Origin: Octopus bimaculoides
Lineage: Eukaryota
Assembly: GCF_001194135.2 (NCBI RefSeq)
Contig: NC_068997.1
Location: forward strand, 4,826,761 to 4,890,760
DNA length: 64,000 nt
Reading direction: 5' to 3'
Below the pieces are notes generated by a model that worked only from the letters and a program-made list of their open reading frames with translations, searched no databases and was not told the origin of the DNA. A program made the position numbers and the translations under genes. How positions within the stretch are numbered: position 1 is the stretch's first letter; each line of letters opens with the position of its first letter. Below, piece by piece: positions 50,851 to 64,000 of this stretch.

Positions 50851-52496
50851 AAAGCAAAATTCTTTCTGGTTCTTGCCATTCTGATTTTAAATTCCACCGA
50901 GGTCAGCTTTGTCTCTCATCCTTTCAGGGTTGGTAAAATAAGCATAAGTTGAGCTCTGTAATTTACTAATCCCCCTCCCACAAAATTTGAGGCATTCTGC
51001 CTTTAGTAGAAAAAGGATAGCAAGCTGGCAGAATCATTAGCATGTTGGACAAAATACTTAACAGAATTTCTTCTGACTCTTAACATTCTGAGTTCAAATT
51101 GTGCCAGGATTGACTTTGCCTTTCATCCTTTCAGGATCAATAATATAAGCACCACTCAAACAGTGGGGTTAGTGTAATTGACTAGATATCTCCCTCAAAA
51201 TTTCAGGCCTTGTATCTACTGTAGAAAAAATTATCATTAAGGTGACAAACTGACAGAATCGTTAGCACACCAGACGAAATGCTTTGTAGGATTTTATCCG
51301 ACTGAGCTTTACATTCTGAGTTCAAATTCCACTGAGGTCAACTTTGCTTTTCATCCCTTCAGTAGATTAAGCACCAATGAAACACTGGGATTGATGTAAT
51401 AGACTAGTCCCCTCCCTGCAAAGTTTCAGGCCTTGTGCCTTTAATAGAAAGGATTATTATATAGAGCAGTAAAATGGCAGAATCATTTGAGTATTGGTAA
51501 AAATGCTTTGCAGTATTTACTTGAGCTTTTTCTTTTATGAGTTCAAATCCTACTGATATCAACTTTGCCTTTCATCTTTTTGAGGATGATAAAATAAAGT
51601 GGCCGACAATTACTGAGGTTGATGGTATTAACAAATCCCTTCTCCCAAAATTTCAGGCCTTGTACCTTTACTAGAAGTAATTATTACAAACAGTATGTTG
51701 GCATAATGTATGGAGCATCAGACAAAATATCAGTGGTTACAGTCTTTCTTTTTAAGTTCAATTCCTACCAAATTTAACTTTTTTTTTATATATATATATT
51801 CTGGGATTGCTAAAATAAATGTACCAGTCATGTATTGGGGTTGAGCTAAAACAATGTGTAACCTTGTGCCTATGTTAGAAATCATCCAATAGAACATCAG
51901 ATAAAATGCCTTGTATTTCTTCTGACACTTAACATTCTGAGCTCAAATCATGCCATGGTCAACTTCACCTCTCATCCTTCCAACATCAGTATAACAAAAC
52001 ACCAACAAAATACTGGGGTTAATTTAATCAATTAATGCCCTCCCCTCAAAATTGCTGGCCTTGTGCCTAAACTAGAAGCAATTATTATTATTATCATGAA
52101 AGAGTGTCTAATTATTAGAATCAAGAAAACAACTACCTAGATGGCTTACAGTCCATCTGTATTCTGAGGTGAAATCCTGCCATTGTTGACTTCATTTTTG
52201 ATTATCAGTTATTGATAAAACAAGTACCAGTTATATACCAAGGTGTTTTTCTACCAGAGCTTAATTCCCACTGAGGTCAACTTTGCCTTTATTCCTTCCA
52301 AGGTTGATAAAGTGAAGCAATGGGGTTGATATAATACTGTCCCCCATCTCCTCCTCTTCCCAAAAATTGAGGACCTTGTGCCTATGTATGAACTCATCAT
52401 CGTTGTTATTACTGTTTGACAGAAATAGTAGAGCACCAGCCTAAATCATATGTTCTGAGTTCAAATCCCGACTAGGTCAACTTTTGCCTTTTTGTG
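50851..52496 (+). mobile_element. Head-to-tail chain of about nine divergent tRNA/core SINE monomers
   Basis: B-box-like motifs at ~50881, 51090, 51317, 51539, 51755, 51948, 52164, 52258 and 52455, all on the same strand, mostly ~200-230 bp apart. Confidence 0.85.
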
Positions 52497-53280
52497 TTGA
52501 AATTGCTAATGTGGATGTTGTGAGAAGGCCAGAAACAAGTGTGTTTAGATTGATGTGGTGAGAAAGATGAGAGGAGCAGAGACTGCTGTAGTAGTAGTAG
52601 TGATAGAAGAAACAGTGAAGACACAGTACTTATAATAAAAAAATGATTGTTTTGTGTTGAAGATTGAAGAATTGCTTATCAGGAAGATGATGTTGCTGCT
52701 ATGTGTGCATGTGTATGTGTGTGTGTGGTGAGGATTTTGTTCTTCATAAATAAGCATATTTCTTCATTTGAGGTGATGTGAAGGGGCTGTTTTGTCAACG
52801 ACATAAAATGGGGTGGATGGACAGATGGATGATTGGACAGTTGAATCAATGGATGGTTGAATGGCCTTTAAAAATAGCCCCAGTTTGTAAATGCTATCAT
52901 TGTTTCCTGCCCACCGTCCATTCAGTGTGAAATAAAACTCTTCGAGGGAGAGGGAGAAACATCAATGTTGTGATAACAACCACTGTATAATCCTTTCTAG
53001 GAGTTGTATTCACAACATTTCTCCTCAATCTTTCTTCTCTGTTCCACCCCTTAACACCCAAATCCACCCAATCTAATGTAAACTATTGCCCATCCACCAG
53101 TCTGCTGGTCAGACACCAAAAGCTACATTTCTATTTCCCCACACACACACACCTTTCTACTTTCATTTTTGGTATCATTCCGTAAAACGTCTAGAATCAA
53201 GGTTTTTTTTTTTAAATTTTTGTTGGAGGTTTTAGGGGTTTTAATTATACTGACCTCTTTATTTCTCCTCCCCTTCTTAG

Positions 53281-53325
53281 GGACCTGCATCCTAACAAAG
53301 GTTGGAAATCACTGCACTACCAGAA
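53281..53325 (+). CDS. GRAMD2: Probable penultimate exon of the GRAMD2-like gene (DLHPNKGWKSLHYQ)
   Basis: Branch-like CTGAC plus a long pyrimidine tract ending TAG. Open in phase 2, as required by 38405. Donor AA|GTATGT. No homology support seen. Confidence 0.55.
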
Positions 53326-53404
53326 GTATGTAGGGCTTGATATTTATTTAAGGTAAATGAGGATTATATTGCCCTAATTTTGGTTCATTTGGCCTTTTCT
53401 TCAG

Positions 53405-53426
53405 CCTGTATGCATCAATGGATTAA
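53405..53426 (+). CDS. GRAMD2: Possible terminal coding exon (LYASMD-stop)
   Basis: 79-nt intron with CCCTAAT branch and ttttcttcag acceptor. TAA at 53424-53426. Speculative. Confidence 0.35.
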
Positions 53427-53661
53427 GAGGAAATTATCACATTGATACCATTAACATCAAACATTTCTCAATTCATTGTCAATCATAACTTTCTCAACTC
53501 ACATCAATCATGTTTCTCAATCCATGTCAGTCATAACTTTTTCAATTTATCTGATGTCTGCAGTCAAGTGAAAAAAACTGAACAGAACCATCACTTTGTA
53601 ATACGATCCCTATTTACCAGAAACAAACATTCATACACATATACACAAATATATATATACT

Positions 53662-53692
<31 letters not shown>

Positions 53693-55287
53693 CTATATAT
53701 ATATTCATTCATTCATTCATTCATTCACACACAGCCAAGTTTTTGATCCAAAATTAGTTGCTATTTATGTTTGTTGTTATTATTGTTGTTTTTTGTTAAT
53801 ATTGTAGTTCTTATTTTTTTACTAAATATTATTTTTCACCACAAAATTTTGTCTTGTTTTTTTTTTTTTCTTTTAATTTGAGGGTGGTGGTGGTGGTGGT
53901 ATGTATGTGTGTGTGTCATCATCATCATCATTTAATATCCGTTTTCCATGCTGGCATGATTTTTATAACTAGACCCCTTCCTAACACCAACCACTTTACA
54001 GATTGGACTGGGTGCTTTTCACATGGCACCACCACTGGTATGGTCTGCTTTGGCATGTTTTTTTTTTTTTACAGCTGGATACCCTTCCAAACGCCAACCA
54101 CTTTACAGTGTGGACTGGATGCTTTCTACATGGCACCACCACCAGTGAAGTCACCAAGTAACTTGCAAGAGAGGGGTCAGTACTGGAGGAGGTGGCTTTG
54201 TGCTAAGTATGAGAGATTAACGTATGACAGAAGGACAAAAGTAAATATCGTGCTGTAGAGGAGATACATGGTTACCACAGGTGGAGGAAGAGAAAGAGAG
54301 GGAGGTGTGGTGGCAATGTGCCAGAGCATGCTATCAAGGTATGGAGATGAGAATATAAATTGGATGTTAGATCATTACTAAGGGTGCGAGAGTAGGGATT
54401 TCATGTGAATATAAAGAAGAAGGGGGAGAATGCAGACTCTGGACAACAAGATAGTAATGATACAGTGAGCAGGGCAGGAGTGGGGTTTGTGTGTATGTAT
54501 ATGGTTGTTGCCATATTTCATTCCATAATGGCTACCTCTGATGAGCACAGGGTTACATAATCAGACTGTTACCTAACACTCTGCTGAATCCCTAGCACGA
54601 AACTGATTGGTAAGATCAATCATAATGTACACTTTGATTTATATATATATATATATATANNNNNNNNNNNNNNNNNNNNNNNNNNNNNNNNNNNNNNNNN
54701 NNNNNNNNNNNNNNNNNNNNNNNNNNNNNNNNNNNNNNNNNNNNNNNNNNNNNNNNNNNNNNNNNNNNNNNNNNNNNNNNNNNNNNNNNNNNNNNNNNNN
54801 NNNNNNNNNNNNNNNNNNNNNNNNNGTGTATATATATATATATATATATACATACATACACACATGTGTGTATATATATATATATATATATACATACATA
54901 CACACATGTGTGTATATATATATATATACATACATACATACACACATGTGTATATATATATATATATATCCTGCCTTGCTGGCACATGTTGGATGGAACT
55001 CTTTTTTGAGACAGTATTTTGCAACTGGTGGTCCTTCCTGGTGCTAACCCTTCAACATTTAAGAATACATTGAATTTATTTTAAAAATCACAATGCACAT
55101 TTTTTTCAAAACTTTTATTAACATCTCAGTCCAGAAAGAGCAATAGCCATCATTCTTTTTGGGGCAACCTCTAAAACTGGTGGGGGGAAAAATTGAGAAA
55201 TTTGTTTTCAAACCAGAGACTTGGATCAAATCCTTGCAACAGAGTTGACTTCATTAAAGGCACCCAAAGACCAAATGATTCATACCC

Positions 55288-55324
<37 letters not shown>

Positions 55325-55420
55325 TGTGTGGTCATGTTGAGAATTGTCAACAAACTAAAGAAACATTCCATTGATTATTGAGGAGGAGGAGGAAATAAAC
55401 TGTGAACTGAATAGAACCAC

Positions 55421-55466
<46 letters not shown>

Positions 55467-56315
55467 GTAAACAAGTATTAATGGACAGAAAGAACAAACC
55501 AAGAACTGTATAAAAACATAGAAAAACACCTGAGTAGAAACTGCCTTAGACTATACACAATTAGACAACATAGTAAAAATTTCAAACTAACAAACTACAT
55601 ATATATACTATATATATGTGTGTGTGTATAACACAAACAATCTTTATAGTTTCTTTACAACACATTTCACTATGCTGAAATTTGAACTTTTTATAATAAT
55701 AATAATAATAATAGTAATGTAATAGTAATAATAATACTAATTTCAAATTTTGGCAGAAGGCCAGTTTAACATTGGGGGTCAGTCCCTAGTGTTAAACTGA
55801 TACTTATTTTATCAACCCCAAAAGAACAAAAGCAAAGCCAACCAGCATTTTGTCCGACTCAGACAAAATGCTGGTTGGCTTCGCCTTTTGTTCTTTTGGG
55901 GTTGATAATATAGTGATAACAGGAATGATCTTGTAATTACAAATGTACTCTACATTAGTCTTAATACAAAATAACCTTATGAGGACTAATTGCAATAACA
56001 GCTCTTTTAGTTATTTCTTGCTAGTTACATGACAAAAAGTTTGATTAATTGACTGTCCAAGCAATTACTAGACAAAAACTTCCTCTGATCTATTCCAAGG
56101 ACCAAGAATCTGCCATTAAAATTCTATCAATATGAAACTCCTCTTTACAATAATATCATACAAACTTAAAACTTCTTTTTGGCAGAATTTCACACAATTT
56201 AGAAAAACTAAATTCTTTTATTTATTTGCCTTTTAATATTTTTTTGTTTTGACTGAGAAACTACATTATATTGATTCTTCAATATAAATACAGTACATAC
56301 ATTAATTATATTGTA

Positions 56316-56350
<35 letters not shown>

Positions 56351-57228
56351 TCCACTTTATTAATACAATAAATATGTATATATATATATCAATTACACAT
56401 TATATTGATACATATATATGTATTGATAAAGTATATATAGATAGATTATGCTGTATTGATACAGCACACATATATATATATATATAGATAGATAGATAGA
56501 TAGATATAGATATTAATTCCATTGTCTTTCAATCAGTTTTATCTTTTCGACATCATTCCTAACTCTGAGTTGACCAAAATCTAGATTTTCTTTTTAGTAT
56601 CTCAAGTACATTGCCCAATGATGCCATCTTCACCATCACTGCCTCATTACCTCCACTCAACAAGGAAGCCTATAATAGCAGTGAAATCTCCCTCGTACAC
56701 ACCTTGGGAAAGAAAGGACTAGATTGGAAAATATCAAGTCCTACATACCTCAAAAATATGGGGGGGATGGTCAATGACGGAATGTCTTTGATCATAGGTG
56801 TGTTGTCTTGGGGGTTAAAAACATCACCATCTCCACCACCACCACAATATTGAATGATGTTGCTACTGTTGTTATGCTTCGCTCTCTCTCTCACAAATAT
56901 CTTTTTTATCCCTGGACAAGTAAATCCCCCACCCCGCCTCCGTCTCTCCTATCTCGATCAGCGGTACAGGCAGGGGAGTAGCTAACTAATGACGACGATG
57001 ATGATGACTATGATGATGATGATGACTTTCCACAGAAAAGTTGTAATGTATGTAAATTTAAATTTTAAACAAACTATACACCACCACCACTACCACTACC
57101 ACCACCACCACTACTACTTCTACACAATTGTGTCACTTCCTTAATACACCACACAGTTTTCTTCTCTCTTTGGTTTTTCTTGGATTTTTACAAACCCTTA
57201 TTTAATATATATATATAGATCCCGTGTT

Positions 57229-57304
<76 letters not shown>

Positions 57305-60300
57305 GTATATATAGGCCATGTTCCCCTCCCCCAAAACACTACATAAATACACACACACTCACATAAATGAATCACCACCACCCCCTCTTTTTAAAAATAT
57401 ATTTTGTGATGTATGTCTGCAGATGTGTAAATACGTATGTGTGAATATTATGTATATGTATGTTAATGTGTGTGTGTGTGTATATATATAATTGTATGAA
57501 TGTATGTATATATAATATGTATGTTATGGTGTGTGTGTGAGAAATAACTCCAATGTAAATAGTTTTCTCTTTCTCACACACAAGCACACTCACACGCACA
57601 CACACACATACACGCTTTCAACACACACACACACACATGCAACACAATAGTTTTAATAATATTTTAAAAAGATAAAATATGTTAACTGATCTTTCTCTTG
57701 CTTGTTTTTTTTTTTTTGTTTTTGTTTTTTTTAACTTTATTTAAGAGAAAAATCTATTTAAAAAATTGTTAAAAGTTTACTTAATAATTGAATTTGTTTG
57801 AGCTTCACTGGTTACCTACTGGAAAAAAACTGCATTTATTATTTTTTTTTTTTCTTTATCACCAACTGGTCAGCCTGTACAGGGTAAAGTCAGACATAAA
57901 CAAAAATTAAGCTATTTGAAAACAAAACATATTTTAGACTTGCTATTAAGAAATTTCAGGTTATAAATATATGTATATGAAGAATAAAAGCATATATATA
58001 TTACATGTATATATTCTTTTATACTTTACTTGGTCTCAGTCATGGCCAGTTTGAGCTGTCACCTTCGTCAATTCTAATCAATGACATTATTTTATTCTAG
58101 AGCAAAAAAAAAAAAATTCATTATTTCAACTTTTAAATTGTTCACCTTGTCTAAGTAGCTTTTCAAATATATGACAAAATATATTGTTATCCATGTATCA
58201 TACTAAATGTATACACACTGTTAGAAGGCATGAAGCTGTGGAAGTGTCTCAGGGTTCAATTCCACTATGTGGCACCTTAGGCAAGCATTGTGGTAGATGG
58301 AAACTGTAAGACGCTCATTATATATACATACACACACACACACATATATATGTGTGTATGTATGTATCTGTGTGTCTTTGTGTATGTGTTTGTCCCCCAC
58401 CACCACTCAACAACCTGTGCTGGTTTGTTTACATACCATAACTTAGCAGTTTGGCAAAAAGACCAATAGAATATGTACCAGGCTTAAAAAGATAAGTACT
58501 GGAGTCAATCTGCTTGACTAAACTCTTCAAAGTAGTGTCCCACCATGGCCACAGTCCAAAAGTTTGAGACAAATAAAAGATAAAAGATATATCGGAGCAA
58601 GACAAATATCGTCACTGCAATGACTCACAGAAGAACAACAGATGTGTTTCACTCCATTTGGAGTTTGTCGATATTTTGCACCCTACTGTCACCAAATAAT
58701 ACATTCACAGTTATTGCAGAAGCTTGCTTAGCTATAGAAAAATTCAGTGTACACAACTGAAACAGCAATTAATTAAAACCTTTTTATAGACTTATGTTAA
58801 AAACAATATATTTTAGAGCAAGATGAACCTCATCATTACAGTGATTCACATGAAATGCTGGGTACTGGAGCCTGCAAAAAAGAGGATTTTAAAATGCAAT
58901 ACAAATTTTATTCCTAAATACTCCCTGAAAAATAGTGAATTTTTTTAAATTCTATTTTTGTGCATTCATCTTCCTGAAACCATTAGACCACCTGCGTTAA
59001 GTCATGTTTTAAAGTGGTCATATTTTCAATGAGTCCAAAAACATTGACCATAATTTTATATCAAGACACCCAAGACTGAATTATTAATGACAACAATAAA
59101 GTTATTTTACCAAATCCCACCAGATTCTAGATTATTTTGAAAATTAATTCCAACATAGAGATTATGTATTATGGCCATGAAAGAGTTAAAAAGGTCTTAG
59201 ATTGATATATTATTATTAGTAAGACTAAAATATGTTTTGTGTTTTTTTCTCTCCCTGTCTCTTGATATACATGCATACATACGTATACTCACATATACCT
59301 AAATATGTGTGTGTGTGTGTGTGTATATATATACACACACACACATGCATACATTTTTTTCTTTTGTTCAAGAAATATTTTCATATGTAAAAAAATTTAT
59401 TTGTAGAAATATTTTCATATTTGAAATTAATTCCCTATTTATTTATTTTTACTCTCTAAGCTGTATCATTAATAGTTAAAAATGAATATGCAAGAATTTT
59501 GTCTGCAAATGACCAGACAGTGACCAGTAAGAATTCATTTCTGTAAAGAATCCCCTGCACAAAAATCACAGAAACAGTTTGGTTCTAAACAGATCTCATT
59601 CTGTTTCTCTCTCTTTTATAACAACGGAACAATGCAGGAAGATGATAAGATGACTATACCTGTGATAAAATGGAACTGTTTTCAATATTTCTCTCTCTCG
59701 CCCTTTCTTTCTCTCTCTTTCTCTTTCTATTTTTTTTATGCATTTATTTATTATTATTATTTTTTGCAAGAGAACTAACTCTGAAACTAACAATAAATTT
59801 GTTGATATACTCACTATTTCTCATATTGCTTCCTTTATTTCTGTTTAAAAAGAATTATTGATATGTCGTAATTTAATAATAAAAGGTTAAAATTCCAATT
59901 GCTAATTAGAAAATGGATATATATACAATCATTTGTATTATGTTTATGTTTTCCATGCTAGCATGGGTTGAACAAATACATCTTATTGTGATGTTGTTTC
60001 ATGGCCAGATGCCCTGTAAGTGAACAAAGCCAGAGGACTTTTTCCTTTCAACAGTGAATGTCAACAAATATCACCAATTGTTTTAGCTCAATGCTTTCAT
60101 GCAAAGTGAAGAATGTTAACATTCATGCACACTTGAACCTTCAACACACTTCTTTAATCGTTTATCTTGACTTGTTTCAGTCTTTAGACTGTGGCCATGC
60201 TGGGGCACAGCCTTGAAGATTTTTTATAGTTGAATGAATCAACCCCTGTACTTATTCTATTGATCACATTTGCCAAACTGCTAAGTTACAGGGATGTAAA

Positions 60301-60351
60301 CGAACCAACACCAGTTGTCAAGCTGTGGTAGGGACAAGCATAGACTCTGAG

Positions 60352-60396
<45 letters not shown>

Positions 60397-63300
60397 CACA
60401 CAGACACACACACACACACAACAGGCTTATTTCAGTTTCCGTCTACCAAATCCACTCACAAGGCTTTCGTTGGCCCGAGGCTATAGTACAAGACATTTTC
60501 CCAAGGTGCCACACAGTGGGACTGAACCTGGAACCATATGGTTGGTAAGCAATCTTCTTACCATGCAGCCACGTCTTCTTTAGTTTTGTCCGGTTTTTTT
60601 ATGTTTGTTTGTTCAGTACTAACATAGGTTAGATGAGTATATTATTGAGGCATTGAATACCCTTCCTACTGTGAACCCTTATCTGTTTTTCAAGTAACAG
60701 CCCCCTTATTCCACATGACCTTAAAGGCACAAAGCCAGCTGGTGATCTGTTAATAGGTGAAACAACTGAATTTCAGAGAAGCACAAATATAAACATATGC
60801 ATACATGATGGGCTTCTTCACAGTTTCTTTCTACCAAATTCAGTCATAAGACAAGGATTGGTTAGCCTAGGCCATAACAGAAGACACTTGCCCAAGGTAC
60901 TGTGCAATGGGCCTGAACCTGAAACCATGTGGCATTTGGTGGTAAAAATGAACTCCTGAACCACACAACTATGCTTACATATCTTTCACTTGTTTCAGTC
61001 ATTAGACTGCAGCCATGATGGGACATCATGGAACCATTTGATATCCATGTAATTAGTGAACAAAAACTCCTAGCAGTGCTGAAAATTTAATTTTAGTAAG
61101 CAAGACAGATGATTCCTGTAAGACCAATGAATAGACAGGCACCAACATGGCTGTATGGAAGTCTGTTTCTCAACCACATGGTTTTTGAGTTCAGTCCTGG
61201 GCCAACAAAAGCATTATCAGTGAATTTGGTTGATAAAGACTGACTGAAGCACATTGTGTGTGTGTTGTGCCTCCTCTTTGACATTGGAAAGAAGGACATC
61301 TGGCTGTAAGAAAATTTGTCTCAACAAACTCCATTTGTCCCATGCAGGCAGGAAAAGTGGAAATTAAAATGGGGATTATGATGATGAGACTCTAGAACAC
61401 AGAAAGATTTAGAAATAGTGATGGCTTAAGTCTGCAGACTATATTATACAAAGTAACATTTTTCAATTTATTATTTACTGATACTGATCAATTACAGGAG
61501 CGACTATGTGGTTAAGACACTTGCTTGGGTTCAGTTTCACTGCAAAACACCTCAGGCAAATGTCTTCTATTATAGCCTCGTGCTGAGGCCAACCAAAGGC
61601 TTGTGAGTGGATTTGAACAGAATCTGACAGTAGCTTGTCATATATATATTGGCTGTATGGTAAGAAGTTCGCTTCCCAACCACATGGTTCCAGGTTCAGT
61701 CCCACTGCTTGGTACCTTGGGCACCCACACTACTGACACTTCTGTCCCCATTCCTACTCACCTTGTACCTTTAGAGTCCAGCCAGATACCTCATTACTAT
61801 TATGTTTATCTCTTTCCAGCTTCACCTGATCTCTCCCACCCCCTTTTCTAAAATGTGAGTAACCATGTAGCTCCTCTACAACAAGCCTGTTTGACACTGG
61901 CTCCTTCTCTCATGCTTTAACCTATCTTTTGCCCCTCCTAGTTACTTCTCCCAGGGCTCATTGTTTTGTGACCTCACTAGTGCTGGTGGCATGAAAAAAG
62001 CACCCAGTATATTGTAACTTGGTTGTTGTTAGGTAGGGGTATCCAGTCATACCAAAGCAGACAATAGAGCACAAAGTAGTTCTTGGACTCATTCAATCCT
62101 ATCAACCCATTCCAACCTATGCCAGCATGGAACAATGGAACATGGACATCAAATGATGACCATATATATATATTATTTATTTAAAGGGCACAATACATGT
62201 ATTTAAGTGCTACTGATCGTTTCATATGTAGAGAAATACTCAAACATATTCTTCAGGCACTAACCACATATCATAACAAACATAACAAACTAAAAAAATT
62301 GAATAATAGAAAAAATGTGGAAATACTGAGAAGGTAGCATATAGAAAATGCAGAAAGTAAAAAACGAAAACACAAAAACTAAAATGTAAAAAATAAAAAG
62401 TGAAAAGGTAAAAGAGCTATTTTCCTTAGACCTTAAATGATAAGGCTGGAAAGATATCAAGTTAGTCAAGAGTAGGCAGAATTTTCCAATTCTTCAAAAT
62501 ATATTTATATACATGAAAATTTATACCACTGAAAATTTCTGGCCTAGAGTTCAATAGAAAGTTAGGGATCTTAGATCTGAACAAGATCTGTGCTCTTTCA
62601 GCTAAACAAAGCCTACATTTATTTAATCCATTCACATAAGGTATGTAACTCCCCAGATTGTAATTTGACCTGTCTGCAAGTCAACCACAAACCTCTACTT
62701 TGACAACCCCAAACTAAGGGTGCAGCCTATCCACAAGTATATACAGTGTGTGTGTGTGTGTGTGTGTGAAGACGCATGGCTCAGTGGTTAGAGCATCTAG
62801 CTCACAATTATGCAGTAGTGAGTTCAATTCCCAGACCAGGCTGTGTGTTGTGTTCCCAAGCAAGACACTTCATGTTGCTCCAGTTTACTCAGCTGTAGAA
62901 ATGAGTAGCAACATTACTAGTGCCAAGCTGTATCAGTCTTTGTTTTTTCCTTGGAGAGGGGAGGCTAGTATACATGGGTGACTGATTGTCTTCCATAAAC
63001 AACCATGCCTGGACTTTTGCCTCAGAAGGTAACTTTCTAGGTGCAATCTAATGGTCATTCATGACCGAAGGGGTGTTTTACTGATATATATATTAGACTA
63101 AAAGCCATCCTATCGGCTTTTAAGCTAGTATATAGCTTTTAAATAACTGAACCCAAATTGAAAGATCTGCAAACAGATCTCTGACTTGTTTTGGAGAATT
63201 TGTTGCAATTGCTTCCTCCAGAGTCATCCCATTCATGTAAAAAAATCACAGAAAACAATCACAGTAATGAAAACATAGGAATCCAAAATTTCAGGATTGC

Positions 63301-63569
63301 AGGTCTGGATGTGGCCTAGAATGTTTTTAATTTACTCACTGAATTAGCCTTTTAGATTATAAAAATTATTATCGTACAAAAACATTTGTTGCAAAAAGTC
63401 ACATAAAAAAATTGCCAAAAACAATCCCAGTAATGAAAATTGGGTATCCAAAATTTCATGATTGTGCTTCTAGATTCAGCCAGAATGCTTTTAATTTACT
63501 TACAGAGTCAGCCTGATTCCAAAATGGAATGATATTTTGGGCTACGGCCTCTAGGAGTAAAGTTGAAAA

Positions 63570-64000
63570 AGTAGATGTGTGCTTCCACTGCTTTGATTGT
63601 TCTTTGGTTTCAGGCTGGTAGTGATGAACCCAACTTTCATCCATAGTAATGAAACGAGCAAGAAAATTCTCTTCATTGGCTTCAAACAGTTCCAGATTGC
63701 TTGTGGACAAAGTGCACCTGGTGCAGTTCTGTTCAGGAGTCAAAAGGCGAGGGACCCACCTTGCAGAAATCTTTGAGAACCCAAGTTCTTTTGTCACAAT
63801 GTTGTCTGCTCTTTCAGTCGAGATGCCCAGTCTCTCAGCTATCTGACGACATGATATTCGACGATCTTGCATTGTCATACCAAGAGCAAGGTCAATGTTG
63901 TCCTCAGTGGTTGCAGTTGGAGGTCTCCTTGGTGTGGGATCATCTTCCACACTCTCCCTGCCACGCTGGAATTCATTTACCCAGCATTTGACTGTTGCAT
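63570..64000 (-). mobile_element. mariner transposase fragment, continues beyond the window
   Basis: RRISCRQIAERLGIS..SARWVPRLLTPEQ..RFITMDESWVHHYQPETKEQSKQW. Confidence 0.88.

Noticed and set aside
50851-52496. CRISPR-like or tRNA-gene-array reading of the periodic units
   Set aside because: There are no short identical repeats with unique spacers and the context is eukaryotic. The units have only degenerate A/B boxes without a cloverleaf, so they are SINEs.
63235-63515. ~170-bp diverged direct duplication
   Set aside because: Probably internal repeats of an unclassified transposon next to the mariner relic. Nothing further is supportable.
130-63991. Most ORFs in the supplied track (YIYI, CVCV, HTHT, HHHH peptides)
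   Set aside because: They are translations of (TA)n, (TG)n, (CA)n and (CAT)n microsatellites or SINE interiors, with no domain signal.

Overview
Eukaryotic, AT-rich, microsatellite- and SINE-dense genomic DNA. The repeat families look like those of Octopus (inference, no database search run). Most of the window is one + strand gene. Eleven exons (11131-38405) join at GT-AG sites with consistent phases into a protein with a GRAM (PH-like) domain, a Ser/Thr/Lys-rich linker and a C-terminal hydrophobic anchor, and no VASt/StART-like domain, i.e. GRAMD2/GRAMD3-like. Probable terminal exons lie at 53281-53426, and the start exon was not identified. Introns hold R4/Dong-like and RTE-like LINE fragments, Tc1 and mariner relics, MITE/Helentron-like elements and several tRNA-derived SINE families. 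Nearly all supplied ORFs are microsatellite, N-run or transposon artefacts. I see no CRISPR array, RNA gene or novel protein system. The most interesting signals are at the RNA and transposon level: (i) a 27-bp minisatellite that multiplies a 5' splice site of the gene, (ii) a ~165-nt intronic hairpin whose mismatches favour G:U pairs on the sense strand, (iii) head-to-tail chains of divergent SINE monomers (up to ~9 units), (iv) R4/Dong-like LINE 3' ends sitting tail-to-tail on SINE microsatellite tails, and (v) a CpG-rich intronic segment with a strong donor. All need transcript or genome-wide checks.
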